A DNA stretch of 63,775 nt, filler included. It is 5 parts of 5 records of this genome, joined end to end, with 100 filler letters (N's around TTAATTAATTAA, not from the genome) between each part and the next. Parts side by side here need not be neighbours in the genome. Positions count along the whole stretch, not along the records: positions 1 to 22,065 come from SRR20825006_1917; 4 more parts are not named here. The stretch is one strand, 5' to 3'. Position numbers and translations under genes: made by a program. The notes beneath the pieces were generated by a model, which was not told the DNA's origin, searched no databases, and was given only the letters and a program-made list of their open reading frames with translations. Of this stretch, positions 11,321 to 21,325 are shown piece after piece. Each line of letters starts with the position of its first letter. Position 1 is the stretch's first letter.

Positions 11321-12569
11321 TCGATACGTTCGGGCGGCGACCCGCGACAACACCCGCCGCAGCTACCGATCCGCCGTCGAGCATTTTGAGGTGACCTGGG
11401 GCGGTTTTTTACCGGCAACCGCCGATAGCGTCGCTCGCTATCTGGCCGATCATGCTGAACGGCTGTCGGCCGCCACCCTGAAGCAGCGCCTGGCGGCGCT
11501 GGCTCGCTGGCATCGAGACCAGGGGTTCCCAGACCCGACCAAAGCCCCGCTGGTACGCACCGTACTGAAGGGCATTCGCGAAGAGCATCCGTACCGGCAA
11601 AAACAGGCCAAGCCCCTGGCCATCACCCAGCTCCAGCTATTGGATCAGTGGCTGGCCGGGCAGATCGCGCAGGCACGTCAGCATGACTCACGGCGTCTCG
11701 GCGTCTGGTTGCGTAACCGGGCCATGGTCTTGCTCGGATTCTGGCGCGCCTTTCGCAGTGACGAACTCTGTCGCTTAACGATTGAAGACATCACGCTGGC
11801 CCCCGGTGCTGGTATGTCTCTGTACCTGCGGAGAAGTAAGGGGGATCGTCAGGCCGAAGGGCGTCTGTACAAGGTGCCCGCTCTGAGGCAGTGCTGTCCG
11901 GTCGAGGCCTGTCAGGATTGGCTGGATTTTCTGAATCAACCCAGCGGCGCCCTGTTCCGGGCGATTGATCGCTGGGGGAACCTGTCGGACGTGTCATTGC
12001 ACCCGAACAGCGTCGTGCCGCTGCTGCGCCAGCTCCTGTCTGACGCGGGCATTGATGCCGTGGAAGCGTTCAGCAGCCATTCACTGCGACGCGGGTTTGC
12101 CACCTGGGCCAGCGCGTCGGGCTGGGAAATCAAAGCGCTGATGGAATACGTCGGTTGGCGGGATACCCAAACGGCCTTGCGTTACATCGAAGCCAAGTCA
12201 CCGTTTGAGCAGGCTCTGATGCAGATTCCAACCGAAGTGGCGTCACCGGCTGGCCAGCCGCGCCTGGCTAGCGCATCCCAACCGCGCTTACGGGCCTTGA
12301 CCGTCCAGCTTACCCTGGAGCCACAGCGCCCGCGCAGCCGCAAACACCACCAGGCCCGCACGGTGATCGAAGCCCATTGCCTCAAACCGTTCGAGGTGGA
12401 ACACCAGACCGATGGGCACTACCGCATCGAGGTGCCTGCAACGTCGGATGAACATCTGGACGAAACGATGGACGACTTGATCGATGAGATACACCGTATA
12501 GCATCCGACAAAGCCTGCTGGGTGGAGACACTGATCACGGACCCGGCCACCGGGCAGACATGGGATTGA
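11310..12569 (+). CDS. tnpS: TnpS-like tyrosine recombinase with a C-terminal extension of roughly 100 aa
   Basis: DRYVRAATRDNTRRSY...WGGFLPAT; catalytic R (AFRSDEL), K (RSKGD), HSLRR, GW, Y (ALRY). Confidence 0.88.
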   Translation: MTIDRYVRAATRDNTRRSYRSAVEHFEVTWGGFLPATADSVARYLADHAERLSAATLKQRLAALARWHRDQGFPDPTKAPLVRTVLKGIREEHPYRQKQAKPLAITQLQLLDQWLAGQIAQARQHDSRRLGVWLRNRAMVLLGFWRAFRSDELCRLTIEDITLAPGAGMSLYLRRSKGDRQAEGRLYKVPALRQCCPVEACQDWLDFLNQPSGALFRAIDRWGNLSDVSLHPNSVVPLLRQLLSDAGIDAVEAFSSHSLRRGFATWASASGWEIKALMEYVGWRDTQTALRYIEAKSPFEQALMQIPTEVASPAGQPRLASASQPRLRALTVQLTLEPQRPRSRKHHQARTVIEAHCLKPFEVEHQTDGHYRIEVPATSDEHLDETMDDLIDEIHRIASDKACWVETLITDPATGQTWD

Positions 12570-12576
12570 GTCAATC

Positions 12577-15500
12577 ATGAGTGCGATTCAGGATACAGCC
12601 TATCCACGGTTTCGGTCGGATATCCCGCAACACGAACTTGATGCCGTTTATACGCCCACCTCGAACGAGCAACGCTGGGCTCGTCGATGTGCTAAACAAC
12701 TTCAACAACGCTTCTTTTTGCTGTTGCACCTGAAGGCTTATCAGAAACAGGGTTTTTTCTGCGCGACGGTTGATTTGCCGTCCGACTTGAGTGGCTACAT
12801 AGCGAGACGCCTCGGCCTTCAAAAACGGCCGACCAAGATCCAGCAGAGGCAGTATGATCAATCCAGTGCCCGTGATCGCCACATCAATTGGATTCGGGCC
12901 TACGTCGGCAGCCGAATTCTGGGCGATGAAGACCGCCTGTGGCTCGAAAACCAAGCCATAAACGCTGCCGAGTCCCGCGAGGTGCTGGCTGATATTATCA
13001 ACATCCTTCTTGAAGAGTTGGTGCGTCACCGTTTTGAGATTCCCGGCTTCACGGTGCTTTTGCGGCTTGCCAAGGATGCCCGGGCCACCGTTAACGACCG
13101 GTGTTACCGATCCATCGTCAGCGAACTGACCGACGACACAAAGGCACTGGTCAATGACTTGCTGGTATCACCACCGGGGATCGATATCAGCGGTTGGCAG
13201 CGCCTGAAGCGAGAAATTCGCAAGCCAACCAACAAAGAGATCCGGTCCTACCTGCAACACCTCAAGTGGCTCAGGGATATCGTCGAGCGTTTACCCAGTG
13301 TCCAATCCATTCCCGTGACCAAACGGCGGCAGTTCGCCAATGAAGCAAGAGCACTAGATGTGGCCAAGATGGCCCGAATCCCTGCACGCAAACGCTATGC
13401 CCTGGCGGTCGTCCTGATCCGGCAACAGTATGCCCAGGCACTGGACGATACCGCCGAGCTTCTGATCAAGCTGATGAGGCAACTGGAAACCACCGCCCAG
13501 CAAAACCTCCTGACCTATCAAATGGAGCAGACCCAGCGCACGGATCGACTCGTGTCCTGCTTTAAAGACGTGCTGACCGCCATGGAAGCCGGGCCCAACC
13601 CCTGGCAATCACTTCAGGCCGCGGTCGGCGACAAACGCCAGGAGTGGCTGGATGAATGCGAGGAACATCTGGCCTATGCGGGCAACAACTACCTGCCTTT
13701 CATGTTGCGACCGTTTCGAGCCAAACGCAGCCTGCTGTACAACTGTCTGGACATACTGACATTTCAAAGCACCTCCAGCGACACCTTGTCGATTCAACTG
13801 ATTGAGCTGCTCCGAAAAACCCGTTCGCTGAAAGCCGAGACGCTGGATTTGCGCGTCCATGCGCCGGATCTGGTTGAAAACATTCATCAGACCAGGTGGA
13901 CGCTTGATAAGTGGCGACGTCTGATTTTCATCCGGCCAGACAGCCTGACGGTACACCGTAAATATTTTGAGTTGGCCGTTTTGAATCTGGTGAAACAGGA
14001 ACTGAAGTCAGCGGACCTGGCGGTTGTTCACGGAGATCGTTTCGACGACCACCGGGATCAACTGGTGAGCTGGTCGGGTTACGAACAGGAAATTGAACAG
14101 TATGGGCTGGAAGTAGAGCTTCCCATGGAACCGAAGGCGCTGGTCGGCCATCTCAAGGAACAATTAACTCAAGTGAGCCGCTCGGTGGACGCCGCCTTTC
14201 CGGACAATACACACGCCACAATCGAAGACGGTCGCATTGTCATCAAGCGGAATCAGAAGCAGGGGCTGCCGACGAACTGGCAAGCGCTTGACGACGACAT
14301 CACACGTCGGCTTGGCACCCGCAGCATCGTCGACGTTCTGGTGGATGCGGAGCGTTGGCTTGGGCTACACCGTGAATTCGGGCCACTGTCAGGCTACGAG
14401 GGGCGCGTCGAAGATCCCCGGTTACGCTTCATCTCGACGCTCTTCTGCTACGGCTGCAATCTGGGGCCCTCCCAAACTGCCGACTCCATCAAACAACTGA
14501 ACCGTCGCCAGATAGCCTGGCTCAACCTTAACCACGTGACAGAAGACAGGCTGGACCGCGCTATCGTCAAGGTCATCAACGCGTATAAGAAATACGAACT
14601 GCCCGGATACTGGGGGACAGGGCGGCGAGCCGCCGCCGATGGCACCAAATGGAATCTTTACGAGCAAAACCTGCTCAGCGAGTATCACATTCGCTATGGC
14701 GGCTACGGCGGCATCGGTTACTACCACGTCTCGGACACCTACATCGCGCTGTTCAGTCATTTCATCCCCTGTGGCGTTCACGAGGCGGTGTACATCCTCG
14801 ACGGACTGCTGGAAAACCAGAGCGATGTTCAACCGGATACCTTACACGGTGATACGCAGGCCCAGAGCTATCCTGTGTTCGGACTGTCGTACCTACTGGG
14901 CATCAAGCTGATGCCGCGTATCCGGAACCTCAAGGATCTGAACTTTTACCGGCCTGACCGGCGATTTCGCTACGCCCATATCGAAGAACTGTTCAACGGC
15001 CATATCGACTGGGCACGGATTGAACGGCATCTGCCGGATATGTTGCGCGTGGCCGTGTCCATCAAGTTGGGTAAAATCACGGCATCAACCATTCTGAGAC
15101 GGTTGGGAACCTACAGTCGCAAGAACAAGCTGTATTTCGCCTTCCGGGAGCTGGGAAAGGTCGTGCGCACCGGCTTCCTGCTCAATTACATCGACGATGT
15201 GGAACTGCGCCAAACCATTCACGCCGCAACCAACAAGAACGAGCAGTTTAACGGGTTTGCAAAATGGAGCTTCTTTGGTGGCTCGGGCATCATTGCCGCC
15301 AACCTCCGGCATGAGCAGCAAAAAGTGGTGAAGTACAACCACCTGGTGGCGAATATGCTGATCCTGCACAACGTCGAAGCCCTCAGCCGGGTATTGCGCG
15401 ACATGGCCGAGGAAGGGATTGCCATCACAGAGGATGTTCTGAAAGCGTTATCGCCGTACAGAACTCGCCATATCAACCGTTTCGGGGATTACACGCTAGA

Positions 15501-15606
15501 TCTGAAGCGACCGGTGGGGCAGCAGCTATTTGATTTGAAACTGGCCGAGCTTGCCCCTTCAGGAGAGTCCAAAGCTCGAACGGGCGTTGAGAATGGAACC
15601 GAATAA
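12577..15606 (+). CDS. tnpA: Tn3-family transposase
   Basis: 1009 aa; DTAYPR N-terminus, ADGT, HGDTQAQ, TNKNE, HINRFGDY. Confidence 0.95.
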   Translation: MSAIQDTAYPRFRSDIPQHELDAVYTPTSNEQRWARRCAKQLQQRFFLLLHLKAYQKQGFFCATVDLPSDLSGYIARRLGLQKRPTKIQQRQYDQSSARDRHINWIRAYVGSRILGDEDRLWLENQAINAAESREVLADIINILLEELVRHRFEIPGFTVLLRLAKDARATVNDRCYRSIVSELTDDTKALVNDLLVSPPGIDISGWQRLKREIRKPTNKEIRSYLQHLKWLRDIVERLPSVQSIPVTKRRQFANEARALDVAKMARIPARKRYALAVVLIRQQYAQALDDTAELLIKLMRQLETTAQQNLLTYQMEQTQRTDRLVSCFKDVLTAMEAGPNPWQSLQAAVGDKRQEWLDECEEHLAYAGNNYLPFMLRPFRAKRSLLYNCLDILTFQSTSSDTLSIQLIELLRKTRSLKAETLDLRVHAPDLVENIHQTRWTLDKWRRLIFIRPDSLTVHRKYFELAVLNLVKQELKSADLAVVHGDRFDDHRDQLVSWSGYEQEIEQYGLEVELPMEPKALVGHLKEQLTQVSRSVDAAFPDNTHATIEDGRIVIKRNQKQGLPTNWQALDDDITRRLGTRSIVDVLVDAERWLGLHREFGPLSGYEGRVEDPRLRFISTLFCYGCNLGPSQTADSIKQLNRRQIAWLNLNHVTEDRLDRAIVKVINAYKKYELPGYWGTGRRAAADGTKWNLYEQNLLSEYHIRYGGYGGIGYYHVSDTYIALFSHFIPCGVHEAVYILDGLLENQSDVQPDTLHGDTQAQSYPVFGLSYLLGIKLMPRIRNLKDLNFYRPDRRFRYAHIEELFNGHIDWARIERHLPDMLRVAVSIKLGKITASTILRRLGTYSRKNKLYFAFRELGKVVRTGFLLNYIDDVELRQTIHAATNKNEQFNGFAKWSFFGGSGIIAANLRHEQQKVVKYNHLVANMLILHNVEALSRVLRDMAEEGIAITEDVLKALSPYRTRHINRFGDYTLDLKRPVGQQLFDLKLAELAPSGESKARTGVENGTE

Positions 15607-15639
15607 AAAACGTGACCTAACATCCAGCAAATCAATGGG

Positions 15640-15685
15640 TTGGGCGCGTTTCTGGGGAATTTTTCACGTTTGTCTGCCAACCCTC
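15640..15685 (-). mobile_element. Probable right terminal repeat of the tnpT/S/A element (GAGGG-type end)
   Basis: The minus strand from 15685 reads GAGGGTTGGCAGACAAACGTGAAAAATTCCCC, 79 nt past the tnpA stop; sequence composition changes right after it. Confidence 0.6.
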
Positions 15686-16393
15686 ATTCAGTTGTCTTCT
15701 CAGGAATCGGGGAAAAATGGGCACTTTAGCGGCACACTTACGCTATTAAAAATAGGTGAAGGAAAGAACGTTGGCGTAACTTGTTATCACGTAATCGATA
15801 AGTTTATGGATCTGCTAGGCGCAGATTCTGAAGCGATTTTGGTGATTGCCGGCGTCAAATTCGACGGTGTTCTTGATAAGTTAATTGACCATAGCGTCAG
15901 CAATGACATCGCAATAATCGATTTAACTGAATTTCCAGGCCTTGAGGATATTGGATTAGGTATCACTCCACAATTTTGCGAGCCTCCCCATTGGCCGCCT
16001 TATTCAATCGTTGAAGAGCAAATTACTACCTTGGGCGGCTTTCCTGGGCAATGGAGGTTGGAAAAGGGGAAAAAGCACTTTGAGTACTCAACGTTTGGTA
16101 TCGCTGGCGAACTGGTCAATGACGTTCGCGATACCTCCTTCAAAATATCATTGGTAGACGATCGGCATCTAAAGACCGACCTTGGTTACAAAACCTATAA
16201 TGACCTAGTCCATTACGGTGGACTTAGCGGATGTCCGGTTTTTATACAAAGGGAACTATTTATAGAGATAGTTGGGATTGTTAGAGAAGGGGGAGATCTC
16301 TTTTTCGAAGCAACTCGACTCGATGTCTTTGATGAAAACTATCAGATTTTCAAATTTCCCGTTGTAGTAAGTAAACCTTTAATGCTCGGTTGA
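15686..16393 (+). pseudogene. Trypsin-like serine protease, native 5' end apparently removed by the transposon end
   Basis: Triad motifs in order: TCYHV, DIAII, GLSGCPV. The first 45 codons of ORF 15551-16393 lie inside the transposon. Confidence 0.6.
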
Positions 16394-16479
16394 ATCTGGG
16401 CTTCTTAATTCTCCCAGCACTCTAACCTATGCAAAAATGAAGTTGATCCATATCCCAATAAAAGGACGTTGAATCGTAA

Positions 16480-18621
16480 ATGCACATCTCAAAGCTAAAC
16501 CTCGTCAACTATCGCAATTTCGCTAACGCTAATTTTCACTTCAGCAAAGGCGTGAATACGGTGATTGGCGAAAATGGTTCCGGTAAGTCCAATGTTCTGA
16601 GGGCACTTAGACTACTGCTCGACGACAACATGGTTCGTGCTTCCCGGAGGCTTGACACGGAGGACTTCCATCGAGGCTTGGGCTCGTGGAAAGGGCATTG
16701 GATCATCATCGGAGTAGAGTTCCAGGAGGTCAGCCAGGATGAAGCAGTTCAGGCTTTGTTCATTCATGGGACCGGCGTTGGACAGCCTGACGGACTAGTA
16801 GACCGAGCAACATATAACCTGATCTTCCGCCCGAACAAGCAGATCAGGATGAATTTGGCAGCGCTCGATGCATTTGATGTTGGGGGAATGAACGCAATTC
16901 TTGATCAGGTGACTATTGATGATTATGAAACAGTTTTTACTGGAAGGAGTTCAGCTGATTTTTCTGATCCGCAGACATACATGCGCATTGTCGGAGACCT
17001 CGAAAATGCTGTGTTCAGTAATGAAATCGAGTTCCCTGAAATAGGCGTTCGAGTTCCAGGCACTCTGTCAATAACTAAGGAGGTATCCTTCACATTCATT
17101 CAGGCTCTGCGTGACGTAGTTTCTGAATTCTATAACAACCGAACCAACCCACTACTCACACTTTTGAAGAGCAAAAGCGGACAAATCGATCAGGAACAGT
17201 TTCAGCCTATTGTAGAGCGCGCTCAGCAGATGAATGCGGAGATTGAAAATCTGGATGACGTGCGAAAAGTTCATAAAGATATTGTGGATACAATACATGG
17301 AGCAGCGGGACAAACCTACTCTCCTTCCTTGTTGGCAATTAAATCGGATTTGCCGGATGAGGCTGATTTATTGTTCCAGTCTTTAAAACTGTTCGTCGGC
17401 GAATTCGACGAATCCCACGAGGGCAAAATCCAAGAACTCAGTCTTGGTGGAGCCAATCTCATCTTCTTAACGCTAAAGCTTCTTGAGTTCAAATATCAGC
17501 ACGAGCGTCAAGCGCTGGCTAATTTCCTGCTTATTGAGGAGCCGGAGGCTCACCTACATACGCACGTTCAGAAGACCTTGTTCGACCGAATCGGGTATGA
17601 AGGGGCGCAGATAATCTATACAACACATTCGACGCACATCTCTGAAGTTAGCAACATAAATAACGTCAATATTGTGGGGCGTAACGGAACGACCTGTGAG
17701 GCTTTTCAACCCTCTACGGGGCTTGTGCCTGAGCAGATCGGCAACCTGCAACGGTACCTAGACGCCGTTAGAAGCAACCTTCTATTTGCCAAAAGTGTGG
17801 TTCTGGTTGAGGGTGACGCAGAGGAGATACTCATCCCAATTATGGTGAAGAAGGTATTAGGCGTAAGCCTAGATGAGCTGGGAATTAGTCTAATTAATAT
17901 TGGCAGCACTGGCTTTACCAATGTCTCTGTTATCTTTCATGAAAGCCGAGTCCGCCGGCGTTGCTCAATCATTACGGACCTAGACGCGCCGCTAATAGAT
18001 CCTGAACCTCAAGCCGGCGACTCCTCGGACACCATTAAGTACAAAGCGAAATTGGCTCGTGCCCAGGCCTCAGGCGCTAGGCGTAGGGAACTACTCGATG
18101 AGCACACCGCAGGTAATCGTTGGCTTCAACCTTTCTACGCCCCTCACACTTTTGAAGTTGACTTCGTCGCCTCCGGTAACGCTGGAAAAGTTACCGCTTC
18201 CGTTAATGATGTCTATTCGGATCCAGCAGTTCGAACCAGGTCCATCGCTGAATTGAGCTCGGGCGATCCCGCCCTTTTCGGGAAACGTGTACTGACCATG
18301 GCAAATAACCAAGGTAAGGGATGGTTCGCAATCCTTTTGGGTAAACAAGTAGATGAAAAAACCATAATTCCGGAATACATCCGCAGGGCGATTATTTTCG
18401 CGCATGGAGAATTTTCGACCGAGCTAATGTTCAACATACTTAAGCATAGGGTCATGGTAAACAATATCGATCCAGCGGTTGTGCCACCGGCTCTAAAACA
18501 GTTTTGGGAAAAGCTACTTCAGTATCGCGATGGTCAGATCGATTTCGCCACTGTAAAAGTTGAAGCGCCGTTAGGGCTTCCTGGCGATCAGATTCTAGAG
18601 TTTCTAGGAGATTTGCCGTGA
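16480..18621 (+). CDS. OLD-family ATP-dependent nuclease (ABC ATPase + TOPRIM), GajA-like
   Basis: GENGSGKS, ALRD, LSLGG, LLIEEPEAHLH, TTHS, TOPRIM VEGDAE and DLD. Confidence 0.9.
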   Translation: MHISKLNLVNYRNFANANFHFSKGVNTVIGENGSGKSNVLRALRLLLDDNMVRASRRLDTEDFHRGLGSWKGHWIIIGVEFQEVSQDEAVQALFIHGTGVGQPDGLVDRATYNLIFRPNKQIRMNLAALDAFDVGGMNAILDQVTIDDYETVFTGRSSADFSDPQTYMRIVGDLENAVFSNEIEFPEIGVRVPGTLSITKEVSFTFIQALRDVVSEFYNNRTNPLLTLLKSKSGQIDQEQFQPIVERAQQMNAEIENLDDVRKVHKDIVDTIHGAAGQTYSPSLLAIKSDLPDEADLLFQSLKLFVGEFDESHEGKIQELSLGGANLIFLTLKLLEFKYQHERQALANFLLIEEPEAHLHTHVQKTLFDRIGYEGAQIIYTTHSTHISEVSNINNVNIVGRNGTTCEAFQPSTGLVPEQIGNLQRYLDAVRSNLLFAKSVVLVEGDAEEILIPIMVKKVLGVSLDELGISLINIGSTGFTNVSVIFHESRVRRRCSIITDLDAPLIDPEPQAGDSSDTIKYKAKLARAQASGARRRELLDEHTAGNRWLQPFYAPHTFEVDFVASGNAGKVTASVNDVYSDPAVRTRSIAELSSGDPALFGKRVLTMANNQGKGWFAILLGKQVDEKTIIPEYIRRAIIFAHGEFSTELMFNILKHRVMVNNIDPAVVPPALKQFWEKLLQYRDGQIDFATVKVEAPLGLPGDQILEFLGDLP

Positions 18622-20420
18622 GTTTCGTTTGGACTTCAAACGAGTTGACGGACGAACAATCAAAAGCCGTCCTTGAAGAAAATAGCGTGATGCTAGTCGC
18701 TTGTCCGGGCAGCGGGAAAACCCGGACACTCACGTACAAAATTGCATATGAGCTGTCACGTTTGCGTACCAAGCGGCAGTATATTGTAGCTATTACGTAT
18801 ACGAACAGAGCAGCGGACGAGATCCAAGAGCGAATTGAAGGGCTTGGAGTAGAAACTTCTCAACTTTGGATAGGGACGATTCATTCCTTCTGCCTAGAGT
18901 GGATTCTGAAGCCCTATGGTGTCTACGAGAAGCGTTTAGCCCAAGGATTTCGCGTCATCGACAACTTCGAGCAGGAAAGGATTCTAAAAGAACTCTGCCA
19001 ATCACAACCAGGAATCACACACTGGGATTGCGGATATTATTTTGAGGCGGAAGGGTACGTTCTAACCTGTCGTGACACGAGAAAACACGGGCGTCTAAAT
19101 GCCATTTTTGAAAATTATTTCCGAAGCCTCGCGGAAAATCGGCAAATAGACTTTGAACTGATGCTGTTCTACTCATCGCAGTTAATCCAAAATCAGCCTT
19201 TTATTGCCCAAATCCTATCCAATATCTTTCCGCTAATTCTTATCGATGAATACCAAGACACAAAACGTATTCAGTACTCAATTGTTTCGTCTATTGTGAG
19301 GGCTGGATTAGATCGAACAAAACTATTCGTTGTCGGCGACCCTAACCAAGCTATCTTCGATTCACTCGGCGGTTTTGCAATAGAGATTGATCAACTTCGT
19401 AAGTTGTGCAGCGTTCCGATAAATGAGCTCGCACTTACAAAAAATTATCGTTCCACGGATCGGCTGATAAGTTACTTCTCGAACTTTAACGTGGAGGAAA
19501 CTGATATTCGAGGAGCAGGTCCTGACCGAGCGTTTCCCAGTTATATAAGCCACAACACTAGCGTGGAGCATAATCAGCTTGAATCTGAGCTAGTAAGGCT
19601 CATACGGCAAAATATAGAGCAGGGCGTTTCACCAGATGAGATTTGCGTTTTAGCACCTTGGTGGGTTCTTTTAGCCGGCGTCACAAGGAGACTCGCATCG
19701 GCACTGCCAGAATACGAATTTGACGGCCCCGGAATGGTTCCATTTAGCGGAAATATTGAGAACTTCTGGTATCGCTTGGCAAGGATTGGGCTAACAAACG
19801 CTTCTCCCTCGCAGTATGTACGGCGCTTGCGATGGGCAGGTGATGTGATCGAAGGTCTAAAAACTGAGGGTATAGACACATCGGGATTGACCGCAAAGCG
19901 GTTGCTGAGGGAGAGCAATTCAATTCAGATAAACCAGTTGGACGGTCTGCTCTACCTGCGGGAGTACTTCGACATTTTGATGGACCGTCTCGGAGTTGCT
20001 TGGCAATCACACGCTTTCCTTTTAGAGCATCACAACGCTTTTTTTGAAAGCTCAGCCGCGAGGATTGATCGGCTTCAGAGTGAAGGCTCCGCCTATTTGG
20101 GAGGAATCGACTTTTTTCGACGAGTATTCAGACATCGAGGTGGAATTACCGTAAATACCATCCATGGGGTCAAAGGTGGGGAATATGACGTCGTTATAGC
20201 GTATGGAATGCTGCAAGGAATGGTTCCCCATTTTACCGAGGAAGGGGCAGGGGATGGGGGAACAAACTCTGCCAAACGATTGCTTTACGTCATTAGCTCT
20301 CGTGCACGCAAGCACCTTCATCTCATATCGGAAAGTCAGCGAATGCGGGGAAGGCGTGGGGCTACCTATTCGCCAACAGATGCACTCGTGGGACTGAATT
20401 TCGCTTATGACGTGGTTTAA
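18618..20420 (+). CDS. UvrD-like SF1 helicase, GajB-like
   Basis: ACPGSGKT, TYTN, GTIHSF, DEYQD, VGDPNQAI, NYRS, TIHGVKGGEYD, SRAR; GTGA overlap with the nuclease gene. Confidence 0.9.
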   Translation: MSFVWTSNELTDEQSKAVLEENSVMLVACPGSGKTRTLTYKIAYELSRLRTKRQYIVAITYTNRAADEIQERIEGLGVETSQLWIGTIHSFCLEWILKPYGVYEKRLAQGFRVIDNFEQERILKELCQSQPGITHWDCGYYFEAEGYVLTCRDTRKHGRLNAIFENYFRSLAENRQIDFELMLFYSSQLIQNQPFIAQILSNIFPLILIDEYQDTKRIQYSIVSSIVRAGLDRTKLFVVGDPNQAIFDSLGGFAIEIDQLRKLCSVPINELALTKNYRSTDRLISYFSNFNVEETDIRGAGPDRAFPSYISHNTSVEHNQLESELVRLIRQNIEQGVSPDEICVLAPWWVLLAGVTRRLASALPEYEFDGPGMVPFSGNIENFWYRLARIGLTNASPSQYVRRLRWAGDVIEGLKTEGIDTSGLTAKRLLRESNSIQINQLDGLLYLREYFDILMDRLGVAWQSHAFLLEHHNAFFESSAARIDRLQSEGSAYLGGIDFFRRVFRHRGGITVNTIHGVKGGEYDVVIAYGMLQGMVPHFTEEGAGDGGTNSAKRLLYVISSRARKHLHLISESQRMRGRRGATYSPTDALVGLNFAYDVV

Positions 20421-20443
20421 ATCGCCATATTGTTCATCGAATT

Positions 20444-21244
20444 TTAGGTTGGCAAGTAATGAAACCCGGCTTGTTGTAAAGCGTCCTTCAGTGATTCCTC
20501 AGGAGGCTCTTCGTAGATCAATGTTGTGGAAGGTGAAACGTGGCCGGCAATTTTTTGGGCGACCTTAACAGACTTCTTTTGCTCATGAATGATATTGGTC
20601 ATTAGGGTCCGACGGCCGCTATGGGAGCTGGCACGCTCAATGCCGGCCCATTGTCTCTGCATTAAAGCTAAATGTTCTTGGAGTGTGTTAGGAGAGTAGG
20701 GGCCCCCTTTTTGAGTCAGGAATAGAGGATCCGTCTTTTTCATTGCGGGGTTCGCCTCCAAGCGGATCGCAAGGTGATTTTCTATAGCCGTTCTCAGCGC
20801 GACGTCATACATTGGAAGATCGCGCGATTTACCACGATGTTTTTTGACCTCAGGATAAAAATGCTCCGGTTTGATCTCGGCGCCGGCTTTGGCCATGGTT
20901 TCAATTTGCTGAACAAGCTGGTGGAAATCGTGAACACTAAAACTGATCCGACGCCGCTGGTACGTGGATTTGGATCGTTTTAACGCATCGGCACCTTTAG
21001 TGTAAGCCGCAGGCAGCGCAAGGATTTCTTTGAGCTTGAACGAGCGTTGGCCAGAATTTTCAGGGCCAAGCTCGGCCACGTCTTTGATTTGAAGCAGTGC
21101 AATCTCTTGGACACGCAGTCCGAGTTTGAAGCTGATCTGAACCAGTGCTGTGTTTTTTGCCGGATATCGGTGCTCCTGAATCGCCTCCAAAAGCTGGGCG
21201 AATTGATCGGGCGTGAGTACGCGTGCCTGGCCGGTTTTGCTCAT
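20444..21244 (-). CDS. Short tyrosine recombinase (essentially catalytic domain only)
   Basis: LGLRVQEIA, YTKG, SHSGRR, AGH, TTLIY. Confidence 0.88.
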   Translation of the reverse strand: MSKTGQARVLTPDQFAQLLEAIQEHRYPAKNTALVQISFKLGLRVQEIALLQIKDVAELGPENSGQRSFKLKEILALPAAYTKGADALKRSKSTYQRRRISFSVHDFHQLVQQIETMAKAGAEIKPEHFYPEVKKHRGKSRDLPMYDVALRTAIENHLAIRLEANPAMKKTDPLFLTQKGGPYSPNTLQEHLALMQRQWAGIERASSHSGRRTLMTNIIHEQKKSVKVAQKIAGHVSPSTTLIYEEPPEESLKDALQQAGFHYLPT

Positions 21245-21292
21245 CGGATAAGGTCCTGGTAAGCCGCTCGAATGCTAGGAGAGGGCAAAGAT

Positions 21293-21325
21293 AAAATCCG
21301 TAATAATGTTATTTTAACGGATTTT
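21293..21325. repeat. 33-bp imperfect palindrome upstream of the recombinase
   Basis: AAAATCCGTAATAAT-GTT-ATTTTAACGGATTTT, 13 of 15 positions pair. Confidence 0.75.

Noticed and set aside
6905-15685. Pairing the 38-bp IR at 6905 with the end at 15685 as one transposon
   Set aside because: The two ends are not inverted copies of each other and belong to different Tn3 subgroups.
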